In this document: one piece after another, positions 5,781 to 13,064 of the stretch
Layout: each line of letters starts with the position of its first letter
How positions within the stretch are numbered: position 1 is the stretch's first letter
Source of the DNA: a virus
DNA length: 41,186 bases
IMG/VR virus record: IMGVR_UViG_3300024921_000002
Span: 1 to 41,186 of that record
Direction: 5' to 3' (one strand)
The notes under the pieces: generated by a model
Databases searched by the model: none
The model's input: only the letters and a program-made list of their open reading frames with translations
What the model was told of the DNA's origin: nothing
Translations under genes and position numbers: made by a program

Positions 5781-7435
5781 GCCGCATCCTGTTCAAGGTT
5801 TTCGGATGGTTGCGGGTAGTTGGCCCGACACAAGGCTTCCATTAAATCCGGAGGAACACTATTGCCGCATAGCCTAACTTGGGTGGACTTGGTAAATTTT
5901 CTGCCGTCATGTCCATGTTCTATGCCGTAATCGGCTGGGAATCCCTGTGCCCTGAATAGCTCGGCCGGTTGCAGCATTCGTAATCCAATGTCGACAATGA
6001 CGTGCGGCTGGTTATGGATCATGACGGTAACCAGTGCCATGCGGTCTTTGGTGGTGATGGTGGACATCGGCTCTTTAATATTGCCCAGTTGTCCGCCTTC
6101 GCTGTAATAGCGCATTAGGAAGGCAGCAACCTTTAACGCTCCTTCCTGATGTTCCGGCGTTAATGTGCATTCGATCAAGCCGAGGCGGTTTTCTGTGGTG
6201 ATAGTCGCAACCGGGTCATGCATTGATCTTGATCGGTTTGATTCGTCGGTGTAGTAGCTGGAAATAAAGGCCGATACGACAGCCGTTTTCCCGGCGCCTG
6301 ATGTCATTATTGTTGGTGCCGGTTCAGATACTGGCTGGCCGATGCTGTTGCCAAATTGTCTTGATAAATATGCCATTACGGTGCCGTGATGTTCTCCGCC
6401 GGCGCTGATGGTTCGTAGCGGTTCTTTAATATCTCGCCCATCACAGTGGTTGCGTAGGTGGACAAGATGGGCGGCTTTAACAAGCTTAGGCAGTCCAAGG
6501 GCGAACTCACCACCTTTAGTTGCTGAGGTTATCGTGCGTAAAGGCTCGGCTGTCGAGTGGGCAGTTACCGAGCCATTGAAGTGCGCGATCGGCACGATGA
6601 ATGGGTCGGCGCTTTCCAGTACGTATCGGCTCAGGCCTTTGGCGATCCGGCGCAGGGTGGCATCGGCCAGCGGCTTTTTACGCTCGAAAATGCTGTTGAT
6701 CGGGAACGTGAAATCAATGCACTCGGCTGCGCTGCGCCATTTTTGCTGGCCTTTATCGGGTGCTTTGAAGTGGGTAGGTATCGGCCATTGGATTGGCTGT
6801 CCGTCCCGCCGGGCGATCATGAATAAACGCTCGCGGGTGGTAGGTGCGCCAAAGTCAGCAGCGCATAGGGTTTTATCTTCTACAGTGTAGCCCAGTGCCC
6901 GTAAGGCTGAGCAAAACCGCTGCCATGTTTGCCCGGCACGTTTACGGTCCGGAATAAGGTGTTGCTGCTGCACAGGCACTCGCTCACCTGGCGCTGATAC
7001 GCTGCCGTCGAGCTTGATTACCCGTCCGGTAGTTTTATCGCGCTTGGCGACCAGCGGTCCCCATTTTAGTATTTGGGTGACGTTTTCAAGGCTGATGACA
7101 TCAGGCAAGACTTGCCCGGCCCAGCGATAGCCTACCCAAGCTAATCCACGCAGTTTTTTACTGCGCGGTTGTCCGCCAGCGGCTTGGCTGTGATGGGTAC
7201 AGTCGGGCGACAGGTGTAACCAGCCGACGGGGCGGCCTTGGGTTGCGCCTTTTGGGCAAACTTCATAGACATCGGCGATAAAATGCCGGGTGTGCTTGTG
7301 GTTGGCCCTGTGCATTGATAGCGCATCATCGTTGTGGTTGATGGCGATGTCGGGATGTCGGCCCGTGGCTTGGAAAATCCCGGTGCTGACACCGCCGCCG
7401 CCGGCGAATATATCGACAATGAGTTTATTTTTCAT
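5777..7435 (-). CDS. DNA (cytosine-5) methyltransferase with enlarged, internally repetitive target-recognition region
   Basis: Trimmed to MKNKLIVDIFAGGGG (motif I). SPDCTHHSQA is the motif IV Cys, ISLENV is motif VI, TTRERLFMIA is motif VIII and GNSVPP is motif X. Five (E/D)PxxTI(T/S/M) repeats lie between motifs VIII and IX. Confidence 0.85.
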   Translation of the reverse strand: MKNKLIVDIFAGGGGVSTGIFQATGRHPDIAINHNDDALSMHRANHKHTRHFIADVYEVCPKGATQGRPVGWLHLSPDCTHHSQAAGGQPRSKKLRGLAWVGYRWAGQVLPDVISLENVTQILKWGPLVAKRDKTTGRVIKLDGSVSAPGERVPVQQQHLIPDRKRAGQTWQRFCSALRALGYTVEDKTLCAADFGAPTTRERLFMIARRDGQPIQWPIPTHFKAPDKGQQKWRSAAECIDFTFPINSIFERKKPLADATLRRIAKGLSRYVLESADPFIVPIAHFNGSVTAHSTAEPLRTITSATKGGEFALGLPKLVKAAHLVHLRNHCDGRDIKEPLRTISAGGEHHGTVMAYLSRQFGNSIGQPVSEPAPTIMTSGAGKTAVVSAFISSYYTDESNRSRSMHDPVATITTENRLGLIECTLTPEHQEGALKVAAFLMRYYSEGGQLGNIKEPMSTITTKDRMALVTVMIHNQPHVIVDIGLRMLQPAELFRAQGFPADYGIEHGHDGRKFTKSTQVRLCGNSVPPDLMEALCRANYPQPSENLEQDAA

Positions 7436-7607
7436 TATTGCGGCTCTCTTTCTCAGAACTAATGATGCGGAATCTCCGCTCATCCAGATCTAGCCCCAGT
7501 GGGGATCGGTCGCCAGTGCAATAAATAAAAGTCTTAGGCATCGACGTCACATTTTCTGGGAGCGGTAGTATGTCTTCAATAATTAGCCGTTGTGATTTTC
7601 CGTCCAT
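7425..7607 (-). CDS. Hypothetical 60-aa protein
   Basis: The ORF fills the gap between the muramidase and methyltransferase genes, and its start abuts the muramidase stop. No motif recognised. Confidence 0.3.
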   Translation of the reverse strand: MDGKSQRLIIEDILPLPENVTSMPKTFIYCTGDRSPLGLDLDERRFRIISSEKESRNNEK

Positions 7608-8161
7608 TACACTATAACCTCTCTGAATGATTCTGCGCGAGCAAACCAGCCATTTTTAAAAGCTGCTTGTGTTGGGTCGGTATTAATGATTTCCTGATAG
7701 TAATGCAGGCGACGGTCGACGATGTTGTTTATAAAATGTTTACCAAGCTCTGTAACAGCACGGGTTGTCGCTGTAATGGTTTTTACGCCGATAATTCCAT
7801 CCGGCGAAGATTGGCTATAAGAGGCCGAAACTAATGCAGTTTGTAAGATTTTTACGGAGCCTCTACGTCCATGATTTACGGCCATGTCGAGCATGATGGG
7901 CTGTATCAGCGTAGGTAAACTGATGATATTGGGCCGGACGTAATACAGGGTATAGTAGATTTTTTCAGCCAGAGCGGGGGTTACGGCTTTTATTTCCGCT
8001 ATGGTGACATCCATTGGTATGTTGGATGATGGTCGTCTAAAATACTCGGCGTAACTCTTGGCGGTGATGCCGTATTGTGTCGGACCGCCTTTATCAGCAG
8101 GGTGGTTAACATAGCCGCCTTCTTTCGCGATGATGGCGGCGATGATTTGTTTTATGGTCAT
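7607..8161 (-). CDS. GH108-family muramidase with C-terminal PG_binding_3-like domain (endolysin candidate)
   Basis: N-terminal IIAKEGGYVNHPADKGGPTQYGIT is the GH108 signature with the catalytic EGGY. The C-terminus carries RRLHYYQEI...FKNGWFARAESF. Confidence 0.8.
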   Translation of the reverse strand: MTIKQIIAAIIAKEGGYVNHPADKGGPTQYGITAKSYAEYFRRPSSNIPMDVTIAEIKAVTPALAEKIYYTLYYVRPNIISLPTLIQPIMLDMAVNHGRRGSVKILQTALVSASYSQSSPDGIIGVKTITATTRAVTELGKHFINNIVDRRLHYYQEIINTDPTQAAFKNGWFARAESFREVIV

Positions 8162-8412
8162 AGTTTTACTTCCAAGTTGTCGATAGCTTGTTTAAGTTGT
8201 TTAATCGTTTTTATGGTCCATATAATTTCCTGATCATCATCCCTCGTTACTGCATCACAGGGTGGCACGCCGTTAGTGAGGCATCTGTCATGCTCGAATG
8301 CACAGCCACCGCACCCTGCCCCCATAATCGTGGTATCGTTTGCCGGAGCGGCAACATAATTAATCCCGTTTAGGCTAAATTCATGAACCGATCTTATATT
8401 TGCCGTTTTCAT
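8158..8412 (-). CDS. Hypothetical protein
   Basis: 84 aa, with a 4-nt ATGA-type overlap with the muramidase start. Cys-rich centre (GAGCGGCAFEHDRC..PPC). Confidence 0.5.
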   Translation of the reverse strand: MKTANIRSVHEFSLNGINYVAAPANDTTIMGAGCGGCAFEHDRCLTNGVPPCDAVTRDDDQEIIWTIKTIKQLKQAIDNLEVKL

Positions 8413-8415
8413 GAT

Positions 8416-8760
8416 TTAAGCCGCTTCTTTAATAAAAAACGGCGGCTTGGTGCCTGGCCGTTGCAACGCTACGATCTGGAAATCATGCAACTGCCATTCG
8501 TCATGCAGCGCTTCGCGAGCGGTTTTAATGTCGGCGATAACCTTTTTATGATCTAACACCAATAGTCGTATGCCATGCAGCTGTGCATCGGCCTCTTGGT
8601 ACGCGGCAGATAATCGCGGTCGGCAGAGGTTGTATTTTTTATAGTCCGCATGATCGGAATTTTGCACATCGGTAATGATCTGCTTGAGTTTCCGGGTATT
8701 GCTGTCCAGGATAAATTTGATGGTTTCAGCCACGGAATGGTCGGATATTTTTATGCACAT
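8416..8760 (-). CDS. Hypothetical protein
   Basis: 114-aa ORF, tightly packed in the co-directional operon. Confidence 0.5.
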   Translation of the reverse strand: MCIKISDHSVAETIKFILDSNTRKLKQIITDVQNSDHADYKKYNLCRPRLSAAYQEADAQLHGIRLLVLDHKKVIADIKTAREALHDEWQLHDFQIVALQRPGTKPPFFIKEAA

Positions 8761-8771
8761 GACAGTACCCC

Positions 8772-9080
8772 TTAGTGCAACACACGGACTTTGCGCCGGA
8801 TGATGCTGCTTAGTTTTTGGTTGGCGCTGACTAAGGCAATTATCCTGGCGGTATTGGTCCCGAATTCATACGCCAGATCATCGCTACACCCATGCCGCAG
8901 CTGTTCAAGGGCGATTCGGATAGCTGTTATGGACTGCGGCATATTAAGTCCCAGTTTTTTGCAGTACACATTAACCTGTTCGGCAAGATCCGCGCGTCGC
9001 CGCTGCTCGTCAGTTTGTTTTGCGCGGTAGGCGCTAATCCGGATTAGGTTTGATTGGTATTGTTCTAAAGGTGTTTGCAT
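8772..9080 (-). CDS. Hypothetical protein
   Basis: Trimmed to MQTPLEQYQ, with GAGGG 8 nt upstream. 102 aa. Confidence 0.5.
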   Translation of the reverse strand: MQTPLEQYQSNLIRISAYRAKQTDEQRRRADLAEQVNVYCKKLGLNMPQSITAIRIALEQLRHGCSDDLAYEFGTNTARIIALVSANQKLSSIIRRKVRVLH

Positions 9081-9237
9081 GGTCATAACCCTCGTTATTT
9101 GCCGGTATGGCAAAGGTATAAAATGCGTTGTGCAAAATACTCATCATATTTTTGGTCAAGGTCGAATTGCGCGGTGTCTCGTGCCATTACGGCGGCGCTG
9201 TAGTCCCACCATGCGTTTAAACTCTGCTTATCCATGG

Positions 9238-10167
9238 TTAATTGTCCGGCGTATGGGTTTTGACTTCGCCGCCGAACAGCTCAACCAGGCGAGGCAGGAA
9301 GTTGGCCAGTTCCAGCGACATGATCGAAAAATCGACATCGAACCGGTCGGCTTCGGATTCTGTTTCAGTCTCGGCTACTTGATCCTGTATCAGGTCAAGA
9401 AATTTCAGGCGTTTAATGGCCAGCTCGTCATCGATAACAAATGACAGGCGATCGGCCCAGGTTACGGCCAGCTTAAAAACGTGTTTGCCTGAATCCAGAT
9501 GATTTTTAATTTCCGGAAGGCTCAAGTCGTGGCGTTTGCAGCGGATAATGCCGCCTTCTTCTTCCGGTGCGCGTAGTTCGCATTCGTCATCAAGGGTGAT
9601 GTCATCCGGTGCCGGCGCTTCATCATCCAGCCAGCCGGTCATCACGCTAACAGGACGGTTTAAGGTGATCCGGTTAATCGGCGTGGCCGGTAATGAGCCA
9701 AGGCATTTACGCAAGCTGCTGAGCAAATCTTCGGCTTTATTCGCCGAGGCAGCATCAACAACCAGCCAGCCGCCTTTGGGGTCGATGTAGGCGTAAGTCT
9801 TGGTTTGGAAAGTAAACGCCCTGGGCAATAGCTCAAAGATCAGTTCGTCTTTAATGGCGATTCTTTCTTTTTTGCCTAACTTGCGGCCCTGTTGTTGTTC
9901 GGCTTCAAGAATCTTTTCCTGAGTCATTTCATTAACGACCATTGTGGGCAGGACTCTTTCTTCTTTTTGGCCGCACAGCATTAAAAAGCCGTTTGAACTA
10001 TGCACCAGCTGTTCCGATGATTTGCCTAGCGGTGATGTCCAGCCATAGGTGGACAGTTCGTGACTGCCGCAAGGGCTGAAAGCCATTGGCAACAGTTTTT
10101 GTTCAAGGTCTGGATCGACGGCGAAATCGCTGTTAAGTCGATAGATGTTTATATTTTTAAACCACAT
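9238..10167 (-). CDS. rdgC: RdgC-like recombination-associated protein
   Basis: MWFKNINIYRL...MAFSPCGSHE..YGW..P.., ...ERVLP..VV, LLPRAF and KAEDLLSSLRKCLGSLP are collinear with E. coli RdgC (MLWFKNLMVYRL...MAFTPCGSQD...LLPRAF...KKAEDTLALLRKSLGSLP). Confidence 0.85.
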   Translation of the reverse strand: MWFKNINIYRLNSDFAVDPDLEQKLLPMAFSPCGSHELSTYGWTSPLGKSSEQLVHSSNGFLMLCGQKEERVLPTMVVNEMTQEKILEAEQQQGRKLGKKERIAIKDELIFELLPRAFTFQTKTYAYIDPKGGWLVVDAASANKAEDLLSSLRKCLGSLPATPINRITLNRPVSVMTGWLDDEAPAPDDITLDDECELRAPEEEGGIIRCKRHDLSLPEIKNHLDSGKHVFKLAVTWADRLSFVIDDELAIKRLKFLDLIQDQVAETETESEADRFDVDFSIMSLELANFLPRLVELFGGEVKTHTPDN

Positions 10168-10323
10168 AATAATGCCTTATCGGTTGGTTGCACTGGGAGC
10201 AGGGCGCTCCCAGTGGTTTTAATCAGCATCCGTGCAACTCATTGGCGTTTCCGCGTTTTTGCCCAGCTTGAGACGAGTCGGGCTGGTCGTATTTTTTTTC
10301 AAAGCCACTATTTGTAATGGGTT

Positions 10324-10353
10324 TGAAAAAAATGCCCGCGATACAAGCCGGGC
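10324..10353 (-). terminator. Candidate intrinsic terminator inside the leftward operon
   Basis: In minus sense: GCCCG-N10-CGGGC followed by ATTTTTTTC, about 40 nt downstream of the stop of ORF 10392..10628. The stem is only 5 bp. Confidence 0.4.
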
Positions 10354-10391
10354 GAGATCAGGAGGCGCTGAGTAAATCGGTTTTCGAATCC

Positions 10392-10628
10392 TTATATTTG
10401 TTGCAGGGTTCTTAATGTTGTCGCTAATTCGGTTTCGGTGACATGGAGTCGGTTTGCCAACGCGGCTTTGTTGTCGCTGTCCAGGTTGTTGCACCAGAGC
10501 AGCACGGATAAGCGGTCTTGGCCTGTTAGAGTCTTTTTGGTATCTTCGATATAGGCCGCATTAAGGCCGCGCTCTTCAAATACGGCTATGATTTGCAGTG
10601 CCAGCCAATCAAGTGTTTTTTTAGCCAT
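10392..10628 (-). CDS. Hypothetical early protein (78 aa)
   Basis: Preceded by leader module L1, with AGGAGCG 5 nt from the ATG. Its 5' 93 nt are duplicated at about 11341..11435. Confidence 0.6.
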   Translation of the reverse strand: MAKKTLDWLALQIIAVFEERGLNAAYIEDTKKTLTGQDRLSVLLWCNNLDSDNKAALANRLHVTETELATTLRTLQQI

Positions 10629-10690
10629 GGTTATCGCTCCTGTTTTTTGTTGTTTTTAATGTCGGGTTACGCTGTGCTAACCTGACCTAC
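10629..10690 (-). repeat. REP-like hairpin + A/C-rich leader + SD module, copy L1
   Basis: In minus sense: GTAGGTCAGGTTAGCACAGCGTAACCCGACATTAAAAACAACAAAAAACAGGAGCGATAAC, followed by ATG. Confidence 0.75.
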
Positions 10691-10843
10691 TTGGCTTTTA
10701 GTTCAATCAATAAAGGATTTTTATGTCGCTACTCATTAACCCGGTTCATTGCTACGCTGTTCATCCCTCTGATGCAGGCAGAATTGCTTATATTGATGGG
10801 CTTTGGAACCCAACACATACGCTGCCATATGAGGGCGAGATCA

Positions 10844-11032
10844 TTACTCGTCCGTTTTTGGTTGATCCAAAGACCCGGCAACCAATTCCTGTACGGGTGA
10901 TTGAGATTCAAGAGCATCTCGAAATTCAACCTCATACCCTCGTTGTCGTAGTGACTCGATCAGACCAGTGTCATTAGGCGTGATTTTGTGTGAGCCAATA
11001 ATCACTACTTCTGTTCTTTCGGTTGCTGTCAT
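10844..11032 (-). CDS. Hypothetical early protein (62 aa)
   Basis: Preceded by leader module L2. It overlaps the plus-strand ORF 10723..10977 antisense. The minus-strand choice rests on the shared leader and operon direction. Confidence 0.45.
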   Translation of the reverse strand: MTATERTEVVIIGSHKITPNDTGLIESLRQRGYEVEFRDALESQSPVQELVAGSLDQPKTDE

Positions 11033-11100
11033 TGGGTTGGTTCCGTTTTTGTTGTTTTTAATGTCGGGTAGGGTGAAGATTTACCCCGGCCTGCTTGGCT
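11033..11100 (-). repeat. Leader module, copy L2 (different hairpin, same A/C-rich spacer)
   Basis: Shares ...CGACATTAAAAACAACAAAAAC... with L1, L3 and L4. The hairpin is CGGGGTAAATCTTCACCCTACCCG. Confidence 0.6.
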
Positions 11101-11103
11101 TGG

Positions 11104-11274
11104 CTAATTTGCGTTGATCATGTGTTCGTAGCCGCTTTGGCAGCGGATTTTGCAAACGCCCCACCCCTCGGCTATTTTTTCTTTTGCCATACGGATGGCA
11201 TGCCCCATGTCCCAAGCCTCAATGCTGAGGGATGATTCTTGGCCGCCTTGCAGCATTAAATAATATTGGTTCAT
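11104..11274 (-). CDS. Hypothetical early protein (56 aa), below the ORF-track cutoff
   Basis: Hand translation: MNQYYLMLQGGQESSLSIEAWDMGHAIRMAKEKIAEGWGVCKIRCQSGYEHMINAN*. Preceded by leader module L3. Confidence 0.45.
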   Translation of the reverse strand: MNQYYLMLQGGQESSLSIEAWDMGHAIRMAKEKIAEGWGVCKIRCQSGYEHMINAN

Positions 11275-11337
11275 GTTGGTTGCTCCGTGTTTTGTTGTTT
11301 TTAAATGTCGGGGTACGCTGCGCTAACCCGACCTACT
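11275..11337 (-). repeat. REP-like hairpin + leader module, copy L3
   Basis: In minus sense: GTAGGTCGGGTTAGCGCAGCGTACCCCGACATTTAAAAACAACAAAACACGGAGCAACCAAC, followed by ATG. Confidence 0.75.
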
Positions 11338-11435
11338 TGCTTTTGGGTATCTTCGATGTAGGCCGCATTAAGGCCGCGCTCAGCAAATACGGCTATGATT
11401 TGCAGTGCCAGCCAATCAAGTGTTTTTTTAGCCAT
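11301..11435 (-). pseudogene. Truncated paralogue of ORF 10392..10628 (first about 31 codons), reading on into repeat L3
   Basis: MAKKTLDWLALQIIAVFAERGLNAAYIEDT matches the full-length copy MAKKTLDWLALQIIAVFEERGLNAAYIEDT. The frame then runs into the REP-like element (..QKQVGRVSAAYPDI*). Confidence 0.6.
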
Positions 11436-11437
11436 GG

Positions 11438-11497
11438 TTACGCTCCTGTTTTTTATTGTTTTTAATGTCGGGTTACGTTGTCGTTAACTCGACCTAC
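11438..11497 (-). repeat. REP-like hairpin + leader module, copy L4
   Basis: In minus sense: GTAGGTCGAGTTAACGACAACGTAACCCGACATTAAAAACAATAAAAAACAGGAGCGTAAC, followed by ATG. Confidence 0.75.
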
Positions 11498-11518
11498 GTG
11501 GCTATTTTGCCTCAGTGG

Positions 11519-11566
11519 TTAGCAATTTATTGCTAATATGGTTTCATGTCAAGCAATTTATTGCTT
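11519..11566 (-). promoter_or_regulatory. OL-type operators overlapping a leftward early promoter (PL-like)
   Basis: Palindromes TTAGCAATTTATTGCTAA (11519-11536) and AAGCAATTTATTGCTT (11551-11566). On the minus strand, a -35 TTGACA (11552..11547), a 17-nt spacer and a -10 TAAATT (11529..11524). Confidence 0.6.
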
Positions 11567-11584
11567 AACTAAAATTTTAGGCAA

Positions 11585-11610
11585 TAAAAAACCCGCTCAG
11601 GGCGGGTTTT
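11585..11610. terminator. Bidirectional intrinsic terminator ending the repressor-side transcript
   Basis: aaaaaACCCGCtcaggGCGGGTtttt. In minus sense the stem is followed by TTTTTTATT. It sits 17 nt after the stop of ORF 11627..12547 and before OL/PL. Confidence 0.65.
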
Positions 11611-11626
11611 GTAATGGTGTTGTTGA

Positions 11627-12547
11627 CTATGGATTAAATAGATCGATCTGACGGTTTGCTGAGCGGTGTTCTATCACTTCAAGTATCGAATACTCTGACT
11701 TCATTCCTTTCATGGTGAGCCATTGTAGGAGCTGAACCTTGGCTTTTAAGATGTCGTTTTTGGCAAAAACTTCTTCGCTTGCATTAACGCGAGCTAAAAA
11801 GTCTTCATCCAGTATTTCAGCATAAAATGTTTGAATACCGTCGGTAAAGCGCCATTTATTTCCATCTGCAAATGACGCATTGATGATTTGCAAGCTGACG
11901 ATCGTCGTTTGGTCGTTTATTTTTTCATCGCCAGGATCGGGGGCGACAAAATAAATTGACTCCCTCTTATCTATCATTAAGAGCGGTTTTCCGGGTGCAT
12001 CAGGATCAACGATTGCGAATGACTCAATACCATCACGCAGCAGGGGCTTGGTTATGATGTTTTCAAATGCTTGTCTTATTTTATGGTTTTGCAGAAGGGC
12101 AAGGGCGGTCTTTTCAATATCATAATGATCATCATCAATATAAACTCTAACGATTCCATTGTCAGCAACTTCTGTTTTAGTGATTTTCCTATTCCGAACC
12201 CAACGCAAAAAACCTATTAATGTGCCGCCAGTATAGTTAGCAAGGCCAATAATACCGGCTGCATTTAAAACAGCCGTTGTATTGCCATGATTAAATATGT
12301 CAATAGCGTCTAAGATTAGGCTTTTAGCGGTAGCAACCATTTCGACGCCAAAGCAACCTGTTTTAAATGATCCCTTTACGCTGACGCCTATTTTAAATTT
12401 ATCGCCATATAGCGAGTTTCCAACCTCTTCCATAAGGCTTCCGATAGCCATTAGAGCGGGTGCAAGGTCATGCACATCCATCTCGTGGTTATCGAGAGCA
12501 GGTCCGTCATAGATTACTTGGAATTTAGCTGGCTTCATGTCAATCAT
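11627..12547 (-). CDS. Hypothetical 306-aa protein, no recognisable domain (cassette gene D)
   Basis: Long clean ORF in an A+T-richer segment. AAGG lies 9 nt upstream and a terminator follows immediately downstream. No catalytic motif recognised. Confidence 0.7.
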   Translation of the reverse strand: MIDMKPAKFQVIYDGPALDNHEMDVHDLAPALMAIGSLMEEVGNSLYGDKFKIGVSVKGSFKTGCFGVEMVATAKSLILDAIDIFNHGNTTAVLNAAGIIGLANYTGGTLIGFLRWVRNRKITKTEVADNGIVRVYIDDDHYDIEKTALALLQNHKIRQAFENIITKPLLRDGIESFAIVDPDAPGKPLLMIDKRESIYFVAPDPGDEKINDQTTIVSLQIINASFADGNKWRFTDGIQTFYAEILDEDFLARVNASEEVFAKNDILKAKVQLLQWLTMKGMKSEYSILEVIEHRSANRQIDLFNP

Positions 12548-12735
12548 TTTAACGCCTTATTTATCGTAATGCACGTTACGCTAAACCAGTTCGTAATCAT
12601 GGAAGTCGGGAAAGCTGCTTATGGCCTACACTCACAGGCCTCAACGTGTCGAGCATTGAAAAATTGTTCCCGATCTATGAATTTACAGTGCAGGTCACTG
12701 CGGTTTTTTATTGTTTTTATTAAAGTTTATTTTAA

Positions 12736-13038
12736 TTACTCAGGTACGCCGGCTCGGCTGCAATCGTCTTTTTTAATCTTTTTCCATTGTATAAAGTTAG
12801 GCTCATCTTTTGCGTTAAGATAGCTTGACGTAATTACGGTAGCCTGTACGCAAATATCCATTGGTGTTCCACTGCGCTTGACTATTTCGTATCGTTCAAG
12901 GGAGTCGCTAATGGCTTTGTAATAGGTATCTTGCAAAGCATCCGCTTGGCTATATCCGGAAATTAAATACAAGCAAGAGGCAATCGCACCAATAATGTTG
13001 GCGTTAGATTGTAATGGGCTTTTTTTCTTTATTGTCAT
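12736..13038 (-). CDS. Small exported / membrane-anchored protein, possible lipoprotein (cassette gene C)
   Basis: 100 aa. The N-terminus MTIKKKSPLQSNANIIGAIAS|CLYLISG has a basic n-region, a hydrophobic stretch and an IASC lipobox-like motif. There are further Cys residues in the mature part. Confidence 0.5.
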   Translation of the reverse strand: MTIKKKSPLQSNANIIGAIASCLYLISGYSQADALQDTYYKAISDSLERYEIVKRSGTPMDICVQATVITSSYLNAKDEPNFIQWKKIKKDDCSRAGVPE

Positions 13039-13064
13039 AATTGATCCTATTTTTGATTGAAGTG

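Noticed and set aside
6408-6890. Antisense or alternate-frame ORFs inside long genes. Examples: 6408..6890, 6557..6826 and 7141..7419 in the MTase gene; 16777..17457 and 17580..18083 in the primase gene; 22308..22802 in terL; 24478..25101 in the portal gene; 25556..27191 in the capsid gene; 34703..35948 in the sheath gene; 37445..39016 in the tape-measure gene.
   Set aside because: These are shadow ORFs, typical of moderately GC-rich coding DNA. Their composition is low-complexity and Arg/Ser/Ala/Pro-rich. They lack start signals and are fully contained in genes with strong homology-type motifs.
10191-10215. The 10-bp perfect hairpin cactgggagc/gctcccagtg upstream of rdgC as a terminator of the leftward operon.
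   Set aside because: The T-run follows the stem only on the plus strand. In the minus (operon) sense the stem is followed by CAACCAACC. It may stabilise RNA or stop antisense transcription, but it is not a convincing intrinsic terminator for the early operon.
12686-12709. The hairpin cagtg-caggt-cactg plus T-run as a terminator separating cassette genes C and D.
   Set aside because: The stem is only 5 bp, and the T-run is on the plus strand, opposite to the genes. It is noted inside the finding on gene D instead.
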